Below, piece by piece: positions 8,650-17,941 of a stretch of DNA of 54,086 bases. Made by a program: the position numbers and the translations under genes. The notes below the pieces were generated by a model that saw only the letters and a list, made by a program, of their open reading frames with translations, made no database searches and was not told where the DNA came from. How positions within the stretch are numbered: position 1 is the stretch's first letter; every line of letters starts with the position of its first letter. Origin of the DNA: Desulfurococcales archaeon (GTDB lineage Archaea > Thermoproteota > Thermoprotei_A > Sulfolobales > NBVN01); the NCBI GenBank assembly GCA_015521295.1, contig WAOL01000090.1, forward strand, positions 1 through 54,086, read 5' to 3'.

Positions 8650-8827
8650 CTATGTAGGATAGGATCGCCAACCCAGAAATCAAAGACACTACCGACATGA
8701 CGTACTTGCCGAAACCAGCAGCGATCACGGCTGCGGCGAAGAAAGCTATCGCCACCGCTACAGGCACCAGGGTGGTCGCGCCTGAGGAGGGACCTGGTAA
8801 AGCAGACTCATCCTCACTACCAGCCAA
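8624..8827 (-). CDS. Small two-TM membrane protein
   Basis: A 67-aa hydrophobic hairpin (LVPVAVAIAFFAAAVIAAGF / VVSLISGLAILSYIV). It overlaps both neighbours (26 nt and 11 nt), consistent with translational coupling. Confidence 0.45.
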   Translation of the reverse strand: MAGSEDESALPGPSSGATTLVPVAVAIAFFAAAVIAAGFGKYVMSVVSLISGLAILSYIVEVGRHGR

Positions 8828-9611
8828 GGTGCTTTACCACCTCCTCAACGAGTCGTAGCGTACTACCGAGGCTGATGACGTCAGCCTCCCTCAAGAGGGC
8901 TACGGAGGCGACCGCGCAGGCGGCAAGGAGCGCTACGCGCCCGACGCGACTCCTCCACATTGTAAGTACTGCGAGCAGGGAGGTAAGCGTCGCCACCGCA
9001 ATGGAGGGCACCGCAGGCACCCCCGCTAGAGCTGAGGTCCTAGTGACTAAGGCGGTCAATATGACCCAAGCAAGCATTCCGGAGAGCTTATCAAGCATCC
9101 GTCTACTGAGGCCCCTTAACCACCTTAAGCCTATCGGGGCCATATCTACGCGTAGACCGCGTCCAAGCGCGTAGGAAACACCTAGCGCGTACGACGCGAT
9201 AGCTGACACAAGCACCACAGCTAAGGGTTCCGCCACACTTAGTGAACGCGAAGCAAGCGATGGAGCGATAACTAGCGGCATACCAACCATCAGGGCCACA
9301 TTCCCGGCAGCAAAGCTTCTTGGCGCGTAGCCTCTAACATCACTCAATGCTAACCTAGTGATAACCCCGACTAACGCTAAGGAACATGCTACTAGGATAC
9401 CAAGCAATGCATTACCCTTAAGAGGAATCAAAGCAGTAATTAACGCTGCCATGGAGAGGATCTGAGCGCCTAATGAGAAGGACACAGATGCCGCGACGAA
9501 GGATGCTACCGCCGCGCACGCTGGGATGCCCCTAACCCTTGAGGCACACAGCACCATCGATGAGATAGATAGTAAAACGCTAAGTGTGAGCAGGGCTTTA
9601 CCTGGCTTCAA
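8817..9611 (-). CDS. Polytopic Ala/Leu-rich membrane protein, unknown family
   Basis: A 264-aa protein with about 7 predicted hydrophobic segments. It overlaps the upstream gene by 14 nt. Confidence 0.5.
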   Translation of the reverse strand: MKPGKALLTLSVLLSISSMVLCASRVRGIPACAAVASFVAASVSFSLGAQILSMAALITALIPLKGNALLGILVACSLALVGVITRLALSDVRGYAPRSFAAGNVALMVGMPLVIAPSLASRSLSVAEPLAVVLVSAIASYALGVSYALGRGLRVDMAPIGLRWLRGLSRRMLDKLSGMLAWVILTALVTRTSALAGVPAVPSIAVATLTSLLAVLTMWRSRVGRVALLAACAVASVALLREADVISLGSTLRLVEEVVKHLGW

Positions 9612-11307
9612 GGAGCGTCTTCACCTCCTGCAGGAGTTCCTGTGCTATGGAGGAAAGTTCCTTTGTTACCTTCACGCCCGCGTATCGCACGCCTTCATAA
9701 AGCGTGGCTAGTTTGAGGAGCGCCCTTCCCGCGTCAGTCCTTAGGTTGCGTAGTATCTCACTAACTATCTCCCTGTGCGTTAGGTTCGCACGTAGCTCCG
9801 CACCTGAGACTCTGGACGCTACTGTGACAGCTTCCCAGAACTCCCTCACCACCGCTGGTAATTCGCTCGTTTCTACCCTAGGTAAGGGTTTCACTGGGGC
9901 GGGTCCCCGCTTAATCCTGAGCGTCAGCGTAAGGGCTACGAATACCGCGAGACCAAGAAGTAGCGTGAGTAAGGGCATAGGGAGGGTTTCGACGATACCA
10001 GTACCTTTCCCGGCCCCCGCAACGGTCTTGACGCCTCCTGCCTCAGCTAGGGTTAATGACCACCACCTCGTACTCGCTGAAGACGCTGGCAGGGTCGGTA
10101 TGTTCACGGACTTAACCACCTCAACTAATACCCCTATCGCGGGGACAGTAACGTAGCTCGCTGACGGCGTTCTATGAATCATGGTAGGGCTTCCCGACCT
10201 TCCAGGCACCCGAAACAGGTTGCTGGGTTGAGGCCTAATCCAGTGCCTAGGTATTGGAGGGCGCTCTCCCTCCGTAACGCCTGAAATAACGTTGCCGGTG
10301 CTTTGGCCCGTACCAATCCCTGGAGGGGTCGTGTGCGTTACGCCAGGCAACACTAGGGATGCGCTGGGATTGAGTGTTATGTTGTTATTAGTCGCCGCAA
10401 CTTCTATTGCTTTAACTATCTCGTCAACACTCATGTTGCGCAACACGTTGAGCGGTACCTTACTGACGGCGTCAATCACCGCAGTCACAGGTACCTTACT
10501 GAGGATCTCGATTGCTCTAGGTCCGAGCCTTTCGAGAACAGCAACTGCCTTAAGCACGTCTTTCGCATTGATTGCCGTCCAGCCGCTTCCTTGATGCTCT
10601 CCCGTGCTTGGTGGCTGGACTACCTCATTGATTATTTGTGGGGGTAGCTGGCAGGCCATGTATGCCGCCACAATTAACGAGGTATTTTCCGCGGTCTCAC
10701 GCATGATTGCGTGCGCGTCACCGTAGCGGTGGATCGCTAGGGCTTCCTGAAACGCGGCTATCGCGGATAGAGCCCTTAGCGCTATCGAGCTATTGCCCTT
10801 CGGCGCATTCGCTATGCTTAAGGCAACGTAGTTAAGCGCTACCTGGCACGAGGCTCTATTGGTAAGGGCATTCCACATGACCTTCGTGGAGTTCACGATT
10901 CCCTGCATTACCATGTAGTTTATTGATGCGTTCAACACCCCCACTACGTCCTGTGCCCTGATGACGGGGTTGAGCCCAGCAAGTACCTTCAGCGCCTTAA
11001 GCTGTATACCACCAACGAGCAACGCGTACTCGCTGGGGCTAGTCACCCTCCTAAGCATCGCGTTACCCCACTCAATCAGGCTTGAGTTACTCCTCAATTG
11101 AGTGATCGGCTCACCCCACCCCCTTAACCACGCTTTGAGTACGTTCAATGCCGCTATCAGCGACGTAGCTTCACGAGCAACATCATCGCTATGTCGCGGG
11201 GCTGGGTAACCATAGTAAGCATTGACCGGAGGTGCCGTAATTGTCGCTAAGACGGTCAAGCATAGTAACGCCGTTACTACTCTCGCTGAAGCCCTAGTTA
11301 ATGTCAT
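9598..11307 (-). CDS. Secreted/membrane protein with C-terminal cytoplasmic DUF4129-like domain
   Basis: Signal peptide (ALLCLTVLATITAPPVNA), a large helical ectodomain and a TM (LLTLLLGLAVFVALTLTL). The tail LTHREIVSEILRNL...LATLYEGVRYAG resembles the DUF4129 pattern (TPxE...YExxRY). Confidence 0.55.
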   Translation of the reverse strand: MTLTRASARVVTALLCLTVLATITAPPVNAYYGYPAPRHSDDVAREATSLIAALNVLKAWLRGWGEPITQLRSNSSLIEWGNAMLRRVTSPSEYALLVGGIQLKALKVLAGLNPVIRAQDVVGVLNASINYMVMQGIVNSTKVMWNALTNRASCQVALNYVALSIANAPKGNSSIALRALSAIAAFQEALAIHRYGDAHAIMRETAENTSLIVAAYMACQLPPQIINEVVQPPSTGEHQGSGWTAINAKDVLKAVAVLERLGPRAIEILSKVPVTAVIDAVSKVPLNVLRNMSVDEIVKAIEVAATNNNITLNPSASLVLPGVTHTTPPGIGTGQSTGNVISGVTEGERPPIPRHWIRPQPSNLFRVPGRSGSPTMIHRTPSASYVTVPAIGVLVEVVKSVNIPTLPASSASTRWWSLTLAEAGGVKTVAGAGKGTGIVETLPMPLLTLLLGLAVFVALTLTLRIKRGPAPVKPLPRVETSELPAVVREFWEAVTVASRVSGAELRANLTHREIVSEILRNLRTDAGRALLKLATLYEGVRYAGVKVTKELSSIAQELLQEVKTLLEAR

Positions 11308-11370
11308 TGTAGGCGTCGGCCCTGAGATATAAGGGCTTCGAACGAATTATGTGTTTGGTGGAAAACCTAG

Positions 11371-12315
11371 GTGACGTTAACCGCATCACTAATTAATAGG
11401 GTGGTGAGGGAATCCTCGAAAGTGCTTGTTGGTAGGGAGCATGAAGTAAAGTTATTAATGATCGCGATAATCGCTGACGGACACGCCCTAGTTGAGGGAG
11501 TGCCTGGAACTGCTAAGACTTTGATGGCTAAGACAGTGGCGCGTCTCCTGAACCTTTCTTTTAGGCGTATTCAGTTTACTCCTGATTTGTTGCCTGCTGA
11601 TATTGTTGGTACGCGTGTTTTTGATCCGTCTCGCGGCGTCTTCGTTGTTCGCGAGGGACCCATATTCGCCAACATTGTTCTGGCAGACGAGATCAATAGG
11701 GCATCGCCGAGGACGCAGTCAGCGCTACTGGAAGCAATGCAGGAAAAACAAGTAACCATAGAAGGAGAAACAAAACCACTGCCAGATCCATTCACCGTGA
11801 TAGCCACAATGAACCCTATAGAGCTGGAGGGCGTGTTCCCGCTGCCAGAGGCGCAACTGGATAGGTTCCTCATTAAGGTCAGTGTAAATCAGCCATCGAG
11901 AGATGAAATGAAGTCCTTACTGCTCAGAGGATCGTGGCGCATTGATGAGGCGTTTAACTCGTTGAGGCCTGTGGCGGGCCGTGACGAAGTGATCGCATGC
12001 CGCAATGAGATTAAGGAGGTAAGGGTTGAGGAACCCGTAGTGGAGTATGTCACGAGGATATGTGACGCATCACATAATCACCCAGCCCTGAGGCTAGGAG
12101 TAACGCCTCGTGGCGCTTTAGTGCTTCTGCGGGTGGCTAAGGTCTTCGCCCTCCTTAACGGTAGGAAGTACGTGATCCCCGACGACGTTAAGGCGGCAGC
12201 CATGCCCGCCTTAAGCCATAGGCTCTTCCTGAAGCCAGAATTCCTTGCGGAGGGCTTGCGTGGCGAGGATGTAGTTGAGGACTTACTTAACCGTGTGGAG
12301 GTACCTAAGCCTTGA
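11371..12315 (+). CDS. MoxR-family AAA+ ATPase (AAA_3)
   Basis: Walker A GVPGTAKT, Walker B LADEINRASP, QSALLEAMQEKQVTIEG, and ~314 aa size typical of MoxR. Confidence 0.9.
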   Translation: MTLTASLINRVVRESSKVLVGREHEVKLLMIAIIADGHALVEGVPGTAKTLMAKTVARLLNLSFRRIQFTPDLLPADIVGTRVFDPSRGVFVVREGPIFANIVLADEINRASPRTQSALLEAMQEKQVTIEGETKPLPDPFTVIATMNPIELEGVFPLPEAQLDRFLIKVSVNQPSRDEMKSLLLRGSWRIDEAFNSLRPVAGRDEVIACRNEIKEVRVEEPVVEYVTRICDASHNHPALRLGVTPRGALVLLRVAKVFALLNGRKYVIPDDVKAAAMPALSHRLFLKPEFLAEGLRGEDVVEDLLNRVEVPKP

Positions 12316-13631
12316 ATAGTACAGAGCACCAAGTAAGTGCCCGCGTAACGAGTGCTGGGTGGATTCTCGCGTTGGTGGGGCTCATGTCTTTACTAGCGTC
12401 GCTCTTTAACTCACCACTCAGGCCGTTCCTAACGTTACTTGCTGTAACAGCCTTCACCCCATTCTTCACGGCACTAGGTTTATCGGCCAGTGCTTCAGGC
12501 GTGAAGCACGTGGAAGTTACCGTCGAACCCTCTGACGCCGTAGTTCCCGAGGGTAGCGAGATCCATGTTAACGTGCGTGTTAGGTCCCCCCTTCTCCGCG
12601 TAGGTAGGGTTTCTAGGGCTTTACTGGTGGCGGATCCGGGTGCTGACGTTACATTGCACGAGGTTAAGTTGTTGAGTGACGACTACACCGAGCTTTCATT
12701 TAGGGTTACTGGCAGGTTAGGTAAGCATTCCTTGGGCCCGTTACTCCTGCGCCTAGCTGTGTTAGGTGGCGTAACGGTGCTTGAAACCTCATTAAGCGTA
12801 GCAACTCAGGTCAGGGTGGCGCCAACCAGCCTAAGGGTGGTGGCACACCTAGCGCCTCCAGGCGCACGCTATGCAGGCACCACACCCGCAGGGGTTAGCG
12901 GGGCTGGCACAGAATTCCTCATGATTCGCGAGTACTTTCCGGGGGATGACACGCGCAGGATAGACTGGAAAGCATTTGCAAGGACGGGTAAACTAGCCAT
13001 CAAGCTCTTCGAGAAGGAGTCGTCGCAGGGAGTTATCTTAGGGGTAGCGATCCACGATGGTTTCTTCCGGGGTAGGCCCTCGGCCTTCGAGGTCCTAGCA
13101 AGGGAGCTAGCCTCCCTAGCCTCCTCCCTCATTAAGGCTGGGCTATGGGTTAGGTTAGCGGTAAGTACGGAGTACGGAGTAATCATAGGTGAAAAGGCTT
13201 CGTCACCCTCAACGATAAGCAACGTGTTTCAAGTCCTCGCATCGGTTGAGTGGCCTAAAGAACCTTCACACGCTGTAACTGCTAACCGCGTGCTTGGCTG
13301 GCTTATCCGTGAGGTTTTACGTTCAACGCGGGCAACACCCTCAGTAGTGGTTATGACTGTTCTTGATGTGGTGGATGAGTCCGACTTGGTGATGCTTTCA
13401 TTACTTAAGAGGTGGATTAGGGCTCAAGGTCATGAATTCATAGTGATTGCGACACCGCCGCCCGTACTTAGGATTGCTGGTGGGGACGCTGACATTAGCA
13501 ACATAGGTGAAGCAAGGAAAGCCGTGACTCAAACACTACAGTTATCGCGAGCATATAGTGTGAATGTCTTTATCACACATTCGCTCAACGAAATACTAAG
13601 GAGGGTAGCTACTGCGGCACTCAGAGTTTAA
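12312..13631 (+). CDS. DUF58 domain protein (MoxR partner)
   Basis: IREYFPGDDTRRIDWKAFARTGKLAIKLFE is the DUF58 signature. There are two N-terminal TM segments, and the start overlaps the MoxR stop by 4 nt. Confidence 0.85.
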   Translation: MNSTEHQVSARVTSAGWILALVGLMSLLASLFNSPLRPFLTLLAVTAFTPFFTALGLSASASGVKHVEVTVEPSDAVVPEGSEIHVNVRVRSPLLRVGRVSRALLVADPGADVTLHEVKLLSDDYTELSFRVTGRLGKHSLGPLLLRLAVLGGVTVLETSLSVATQVRVAPTSLRVVAHLAPPGARYAGTTPAGVSGAGTEFLMIREYFPGDDTRRIDWKAFARTGKLAIKLFEKESSQGVILGVAIHDGFFRGRPSAFEVLARELASLASSLIKAGLWVRLAVSTEYGVIIGEKASSPSTISNVFQVLASVEWPKEPSHAVTANRVLGWLIREVLRSTRATPSVVVMTVLDVVDESDLVMLSLLKRWIRAQGHEFIVIATPPPVLRIAGGDADISNIGEARKAVTQTLQLSRAYSVNVFITHSLNEILRRVATAALRV

Positions 13632-13639
13632 CAGCTTCT

Positions 13640-15193
13640 CTACTTACTCCTCACAAATTTAAGAGATAACTTAAGGAATTCCCTGCTCCAAGGCGATAAC
13701 GCCAGGACTACGACGCCATAAAGTATTAACCCTACTAACGCATGCAGAGCAAGCACGGGTGCATCATGCCAGAAATTCCTGACTAAGATACTGGAGGCGC
13801 CGCTGACGTACATATACAGACTCATTACAATCCCTCCGGCAATACCAGCTACGGTTTCGCGCTTAGGGAAGGAGAACTCCACCTTACTTTTAGCGAGCCT
13901 ATACATGTAAATCAGCAACGGGAGACTAGTTCCCAACCACGCTAAGGGGTAAGGCAATACTAGGTAAGGATTATCAGTTAACCCGTAAGCATGAATCATC
14001 ACCAGCATTCCAGCAGTACCTAGCCCTAATGCAACCACGCAACGAATCAAGGACGCCATAGGTGACTTGAATATGGGTGTCCTACTTAATTTAATACCGT
14101 GTACCTGGAGGTCAGCTCTCTCCGAGGATGACGCGACCGTACCCAAGAGTATGGATATCGTGTATAGTAGTGACTCCGCCGTTATTATAACGAGTAATAC
14201 GTAAGCATCAACGTACGCTAACTTAAATAAGCTTAGTATGGGCTTACCCATCATCACTACTAGGAAAGTAATCCCTAGATTCACGGTCATGGCTATCCGG
14301 AGAATGTCCTCAACATCCCTGCGGGAAGGTGCCCTCAGCAACTTGGGCGTTAGCCCGCTACTCATCGCGGATGAGCTACGCGTTATTATGCTTCGCGGCA
14401 CATAAGCCACACCGAGGTACGCTGTTAGGTTAGTTGACGCTGTGAGGGCCGTTACTAAGGGTTTCTCAACATTTATGAGGAGGCTTGAGAAGTAAGCGAT
14501 GACCGATATGTAGGCATTCTTAACTAACACGGTCACCTCCTTCAGACTAAACCTTGGTTTAGGTATGACTATTCTTTGGCGCCGTAGCAACGCATACCTA
14601 GTGATAACCGCCGCAACACTTCCAATAATTGCGGACACCATTACCCCAACTAGGCCAGCCTTAATCATTACTACTAGTGCGTAAGCTACCGCTAGTCTTG
14701 CTGTTACCCTAACCATTACTGCCTTACCTTCAATGTAAGGCCTAGAACTTAGTACAATAGAGCGTAGAAAGTAATTGAAGGCCTCACTCACCGCAAGAAG
14801 GGACGCGATGAAGAAGGCGCTTAAACCCCAGCCAAGAACGCTGTTGTACCAGAGACCAACTAGCACGAAGACAGCTAATGATATTGGAATGTAAATTAAC
14901 GTTAGGGCATAAGCGGCTGAGACCATCTCGTATTTTTTCCTAGCATAGAACCTTAGGGACCACATACCCCAGATCCAGTGCACCATTGTTAGGACGTTCG
15001 CAACCCCTATTATGGTGATCCACAGCCCGTAGTCCTCTACTGATAACTTCCTCGCCACTATCAATGTGAAGAGTATCGTCAGCAGTAACCTGTAGACTTG
15101 GCTGAGGTAATTCACTATTGTCGAGTACCTCACCCTAATACTCGCAAGTTCCTCCTGCGTGTACTCAACCTCACCATTACTGACATCACTCAT
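13640..15193 (-). CDS. Oligosaccharide/polysaccharide flippase (MOP superfamily, Wzx/RfbX-like)
   Basis: A 517-aa protein with about 12-14 TM segments. The N-terminal pattern IVNYLSQVYRLLLTILFTLIVARKLSVEDYGLW is typical of Polysacc_synt proteins. Confidence 0.65.
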   Translation of the reverse strand: MSDVSNGEVEYTQEELASIRVRYSTIVNYLSQVYRLLLTILFTLIVARKLSVEDYGLWITIIGVANVLTMVHWIWGMWSLRFYARKKYEMVSAAYALTLIYIPISLAVFVLVGLWYNSVLGWGLSAFFIASLLAVSEAFNYFLRSIVLSSRPYIEGKAVMVRVTARLAVAYALVVMIKAGLVGVMVSAIIGSVAAVITRYALLRRQRIVIPKPRFSLKEVTVLVKNAYISVIAYFSSLLINVEKPLVTALTASTNLTAYLGVAYVPRSIITRSSSAMSSGLTPKLLRAPSRRDVEDILRIAMTVNLGITFLVVMMGKPILSLFKLAYVDAYVLLVIITAESLLYTISILLGTVASSSERADLQVHGIKLSRTPIFKSPMASLIRCVVALGLGTAGMLVMIHAYGLTDNPYLVLPYPLAWLGTSLPLLIYMYRLAKSKVEFSFPKRETVAGIAGGIVMSLYMYVSGASSILVRNFWHDAPVLALHALVGLILYGVVVLALSPWSREFLKLSLKFVRSK

Positions 15194-15249
15194 TACGTAG
15201 CTACGCCTCTGATTTCAAGAGTAGCGGTTAAGATTTTATCTCTGTATGC

Positions 15250-15894
15250 ATGATCTTATTACCGTCATTACAAATTACCGCAGTGGGAGCCCCAGTGATG
15301 CGTCGTACTTTACTCGCTGCTGTCATCATAGCTGCTGTGGCTTCGGCTGTAATCGCTTATTACTACATTATTAATTACGGTCCGGCGAATCCTGATCCAT
15401 TAAGCCCACTGAGGAGCGTGCTGGGTAATGCCCCAGACTCGCTGAGGCTGACGAGCCCCAGCCTTAGTGCGGGATCCGCAGTACCTAGGCGGTATACTTG
15501 TGATGGTGTAGATGAGTCGCCTACCCTGAGCTGGAGTAAGGGTCCTGAAGGCACGGTATCGTACGCCGTGCTGATGTATGATCCTGACGCGCCTAGGGGC
15601 ACTTTTTACCACTGGATTATTTACAATATCCCACTCAACATCACTGTACTTCCCGATGGCGTTCCGAAAACGTTCAAGACATCCTTCGGGCTTCAGTGCA
15701 TTAACGACTTTAGGAGGTACGGGTACGGAGGTCCATGCCCTCCACACGGCTCGACACACAGGTATGTTTTCGTGGTTTTAGCGTTGAATACCAAGCTAAG
15801 CCTGCCCAGTAACGCGGACGCTAGGGCATTCCTTAATGCCGTTAAGGGTCACGTACTCGCTTACGGTGCCTTAGTGGTCAGCTACGGACACTAG
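15250..15894 (+). CDS. PEBP / YbhB-YbcL family protein with N-terminal membrane anchor
   Basis: YAVLMYDPDAPRGTFYHWIIYNIP and GYGGPCPPHGSTHRYVFVVLAL are the two PEBP signature blocks. An alternative start is the ATG at 15298 (MRRTLLAAVII). Confidence 0.85.
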   Translation: MILLPSLQITAVGAPVMRRTLLAAVIIAAVASAVIAYYYIINYGPANPDPLSPLRSVLGNAPDSLRLTSPSLSAGSAVPRRYTCDGVDESPTLSWSKGPEGTVSYAVLMYDPDAPRGTFYHWIIYNIPLNITVLPDGVPKTFKTSFGLQCINDFRRYGYGGPCPPHGSTHRYVFVVLALNTKLSLPSNADARAFLNAVKGHVLAYGALVVSYGH

Positions 15895-15898
15895 CGAT

Positions 15899-15922
15899 TT
15901 AAAGGATCCCATTATCCTTTAA
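15899..15922 (+). terminator. Hairpin plus T-rich tract downstream of the PEBP gene
   Basis: TTAAAGGAT-cccatt-ATCCTTTAA forms a 9 bp perfect stem starting 5 nt after the stop, followed by TTATTTCC. Confidence 0.35.
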
Positions 15923-15957
15923 TTATTTCCTAAGCAAGTTGTGGTGGGGCGTAGAAA

Positions 15958-16329
15958 TTGCTGTCTAAGGTGCTTGAGGCTGAAGAAGGTATTGAGAAGG
16001 TAATGGGTGATGTCCTCAGAACGCTCTTCCTGTTCTCCGGCGCCCTTTGGATGCCGGAGTTAATTGGTGAGTATGAGGGCTTCGTGAGAACCTTGGGTGA
16101 GGAGCCTGTGGGGAGGGAGGTGCTTAAGGAGGCCGTAGGGAAGCTTAAGGATGCTGGGCTGGTTGACGTTAAACCCGGTATTAGGGCTACACACTTTAGC
16201 GGTGGTGAGAAAACCGTACTCATATCCCTTAAGAGGAGCCCTGAGGTGCTGGCGGCACTGTCCACGGACTCCAGGGTCATGAGGTATAGAAGTGAGTGGG
16301 TAAAGTACATGCAACGAACATCTTTCTAA
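15958..16329 (+). CDS. Hypothetical protein, possibly a small winged-helix protein
   Basis: A 123-aa ORF with plausible composition (LKEAVGKLKDAGLVDVKPG). The antisense ORFs here are Ser/Pro-rich and look spurious. No family recognised. Confidence 0.4.
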   Translation: MLSKVLEAEEGIEKVMGDVLRTLFLFSGALWMPELIGEYEGFVRTLGEEPVGREVLKEAVGKLKDAGLVDVKPGIRATHFSGGEKTVLISLKRSPEVLAALSTDSRVMRYRSEWVKYMQRTSF

Positions 16330-16405
16330 ACACCTTCAAGGTGCTGAGGAAAGAGGAAAACCCTTGTTTCGTTTTTAAGGACTACACGATCACACATGAC
16401 GCTCC

Positions 16406-17152
16406 TCAACACATTAGGCGTCCGCCATTAACTCCGATTGTCTGCCCAGTTATGAATGAGGCTGCTGGGCTGGCGAGGAAGTAAACTACTTCAGCAACGT
16501 CTTCTGGGCGGCCGATCCTCTTTAGTGGGTGGAGCGATGCCGCGCGTTCCCTCTTCTCTGGCGTGTCGAGCACCTTCTTGACCAAGTCCGTCTCAATTAT
16601 GCTGGGCGCGACCGCGTTCACCCTTATCTTGGGGGCTAGTTCTAAGGCTAGCTTCCTAGTCAACCCTATCACCCCTGCCTTCGCCGCATGGTACGCTATG
16701 CCCGCTATGCCTGCTGTCTGCCCTACGATGCTTGAGATGTTAACTATCGCTGCTGACTCGCTCTTCTCGAGTAACGGTAGGAACGTCTTAGTTACTAGGA
16801 ACACTCCCGTTAGATCAACTCGGATGACCTTCTCCCATCCTTCCAGTGTTTCTTCCCTTATTCCCTCCCAGCTAATTATGCCTGCGTTGTTCACTAACAC
16901 GTCTAGGCGCGGGAACCTCTTGCTTAGCTCCCTGTATGCTGCGCTCACGCTTTCTGGATCGGCAACATCCATTCTAAGCACTACCGCCTCCATAGCCCCC
17001 TTTCTGAGGGCTTCCTCCGCCGTCCTCCGAGCCTCCTCCTCGCTACTGCGGTACGTTAACGCGATATGCGTTCCCGGCTCGGCGAAACGAAGCACTATTG
17101 CCTTACCAATACCCCTAGACCCCCCAGTTACGAGGACGTACCTTTCGCTCAA
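16406..17152 (-). CDS. Short-chain dehydrogenase/reductase (FabG-like 3-oxoacyl reductase type)
   Basis: VLVTGGSRGIGKAI (TGxxxGIG), NNAG, and the catalytic YHAAKAG (YxxxK). Confidence 0.9.
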   Translation of the reverse strand: MSERYVLVTGGSRGIGKAIVLRFAEPGTHIALTYRSSEEEARRTAEEALRKGAMEAVVLRMDVADPESVSAAYRELSKRFPRLDVLVNNAGIISWEGIREETLEGWEKVIRVDLTGVFLVTKTFLPLLEKSESAAIVNISSIVGQTAGIAGIAYHAAKAGVIGLTRKLALELAPKIRVNAVAPSIIETDLVKKVLDTPEKRERAASLHPLKRIGRPEDVAEVVYFLASPAASFITGQTIGVNGGRLMC

Positions 17153-17248
17153 CGCGTAATCACCACTAATTCCTTAGGTACTCACAAGCAAAAAGGTTCG
17201 CTACGTTAATCGCGCAGTATAATAAAGTAAGTTCACACCTTAAGGTCG

Positions 17249-17941
17249 GTGTTAAGCGTGAAGCTGCTATTACTTTCAGACATACACGGTAGGACCTCAA
17301 CCCTCGAGAGAACGTTAAAAGAGGTTGAGGAGGTCGACGCAGTACTTGTTGCAGGCGATTTATCGTCGTATGCCGGTCTTAAATGGGATTACGTATTAAG
17401 TATGTTATCAAAGTACTGTAAGCAGAAAAACGTTATAGCATTCATAGTTCCGGGCAATGTAGATCCGCCAGCCCTTCTCAACGCTAGGTACGGCAACGTT
17501 AGTGTATTACACGCCTCCACGAGTACCTTAGGCAAGTACGTAGTCGTAGGAATTGGTGGAGGGGTGGGGTTTAGCTTCTGGAGAGTCACGAAACTCACCG
17601 ACAACGAATTTGAGCGGTTCATCAACTCCATCCTAAGGGAGTACGGGAGTGGCTTAGCCCCTTACTCATGGCTCCTACTTACCCATACCCCACCATACGG
17701 GACAAAGCTGGATATAATGTATACTGGGGAGCACGTTGGGTCGAAAGCGCTAAGGACCTTGATTGAGGTGCGTAAGCCCCTCCTAGTCGTTAGCGGGCAT
17801 ATCCACGAGTCTAGGAACGTTGATTACATAGGTAAGACCGTGCTTGTCAATCCTGGCCCGAACTATAAGGGGTTCTATGCGTTGGCGGAGATTAATGGAA
17901 TGGACATTAAGGTAGAGTTACTCAGTGTGAGGAGGCTCTAA
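17249..17941 (+). CDS. Calcineurin-like metallophosphoesterase
   Basis: LLLSDIHG, AGDL, PGNVD and SGHIHE are the metallophosphoesterase motifs in canonical order. Confidence 0.8.
   Translation: MLSVKLLLLSDIHGRTSTLERTLKEVEEVDAVLVAGDLSSYAGLKWDYVLSMLSKYCKQKNVIAFIVPGNVDPPALLNARYGNVSVLHASTSTLGKYVVVGIGGGVGFSFWRVTKLTDNEFERFINSILREYGSGLAPYSWLLLTHTPPYGTKLDIMYTGEHVGSKALRTLIEVRKPLLVVSGHIHESRNVDYIGKTVLVNPGPNYKGFYALAEINGMDIKVELLSVRRL

Noticed and set aside
16563-17159. A 198-aa plus-strand ORF antisense to the SDR gene. The same situation applies to 22009-22563, 48700-49284, 28804-29274, 9704-10156, 5024-5473, 38089-38535, 20982-21404, 15400-15759 and 209-460.
   Set aside because: Each lies fully inside, and antisense to, a gene with clear family motifs. 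Their translations are Ser/Pro/Arg/Leu-rich low-complexity strings with no recognisable motifs. These are typical shadow ORFs.
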